A program made the translations under genes and the position numbers. A model generated the notes under the pieces. That model did no database searches. It saw only the letters and a list, made by a program, of their open reading frames with translations, and was not told where the DNA came from. From assembly GCA_964199315.1 (NCBI GenBank), contig OZ116709.1, forward strand, positions 8,804,001 to 8,868,000: DNA of 64,000 bases, in the 5' to 3' direction. This DNA comes from Orbicella franksi (lineage: Eukaryota). Positions 63,347 through 64,000 of this stretch are shown here, piece after piece; position 1 is the first letter of the stretch; each line of letters begins with the position of its first letter.

Positions 63347-63668
63347 CCCTCGCATCAAATTAGAACATGAATAAAAGTTAAACTGACTACGTTTCGTGGC
63401 GACCAGTTTGAATTTTGATTCGCGGGCGTCGGGTGCGAGGTCTGGAAATGAGAAATCTAGGGCCTGGGTCGGCTGGAAAAATTCGAAAATTCTCGGAGAT
63501 CCGATCGCTTGCCGAGAGCGGTTTCCGAACATTTCTGGGATCCAATCCCCGCAGTAGACGACTGCGCGTATTTGTAACTCAAACTAGCTGCCACCAAAAA
63601 GCAAGCGACTGGCATATTGGTAAAGCCTCATTTATCACGTTTATTTATCCTCTAATTTGATGCGAGGG
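63347..63668. mobile_element. Element bounded by an 18-bp perfect inverted repeat
   Basis: CCCTCGCATCAAATTAGA (63347-63364) / TCTAATTTGATGCGAGGG (63651-63668); GC-rich interior. Confidence 0.75.
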
Positions 63669-64000
63669 CAGTTTTAGTATATGTGATAACCGTGTAATAT
63701 ATGACTTTTTGCAACACCTATCAGTTAGCAAACACGATAAGCTCCAAACCTGGCCAAAATATTCCCAATAGCAAAGATATCAGTGACGTCACCTATTGTT
63801 ATTAATATGCCAACCAGAGAACTATTGGCTGGTAAAGCAAAGAATTCTTTTGTTTAACGTTTTGAGCATTTAAATAACAAAAACAATGTTTATAAACAAA
63901 TATCTCCCCTGTTATGCGAAGCTGCCTACAGATAGTTGTTTTGCAAAATTATGCAAAAAAAAAGCAAGGAGGCCACTGCCCCTTGCAACGAGTAACCTCA

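Noticed and set aside
1-64000. CRISPR array, rRNA, prokaryotic operon
   Set aside because: No repeat-spacer array or rRNA signature was seen; the genes are spliceosomal.

Overview
Eukaryotic, AT-rich, intron-containing DNA. The repeat repertoire and gene structure suggest an anthozoan, probably a stony coral (inference). Two genes can be reconstructed exon by exon. (1) RanBP1 on the minus strand: 5 coding exons, 3337-9773, 222 aa. Its 4.6-kb last intron is mostly nested mobile DNA. (2) A PDZ-containing, neuronal-type nitric oxide synthase on the plus strand: ATG at 35545, 31 phase-consistent exons to 59505 (1419 codons), then several candidate C-terminal exons to about 61500. The 25 kb between the genes holds SINEs, MITEs, palindromic elements, a Penelope fragment with an intact minimal hammerhead ribozyme, a probable decayed gene and candidate non-coding first exons of NOS. 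Most notable observations: a 72-codon GT..AG-bounded insert in the NOS NADPH domain at the position of a vertebrate intron; phase-matched alternative tail exons with loss of the Akt-site serine; a TSD-bounded CRE retrotransposon that appears to carry a 3' transduction; two Penelope insertions with the same inverted-end architecture; and several unrelated hairpin elements sharing one core motif. No rRNA, true tRNA gene or CRISPR array is supported. All coordinates were read by eye, and comparisons to vertebrate NOS are from memory and should be verified.
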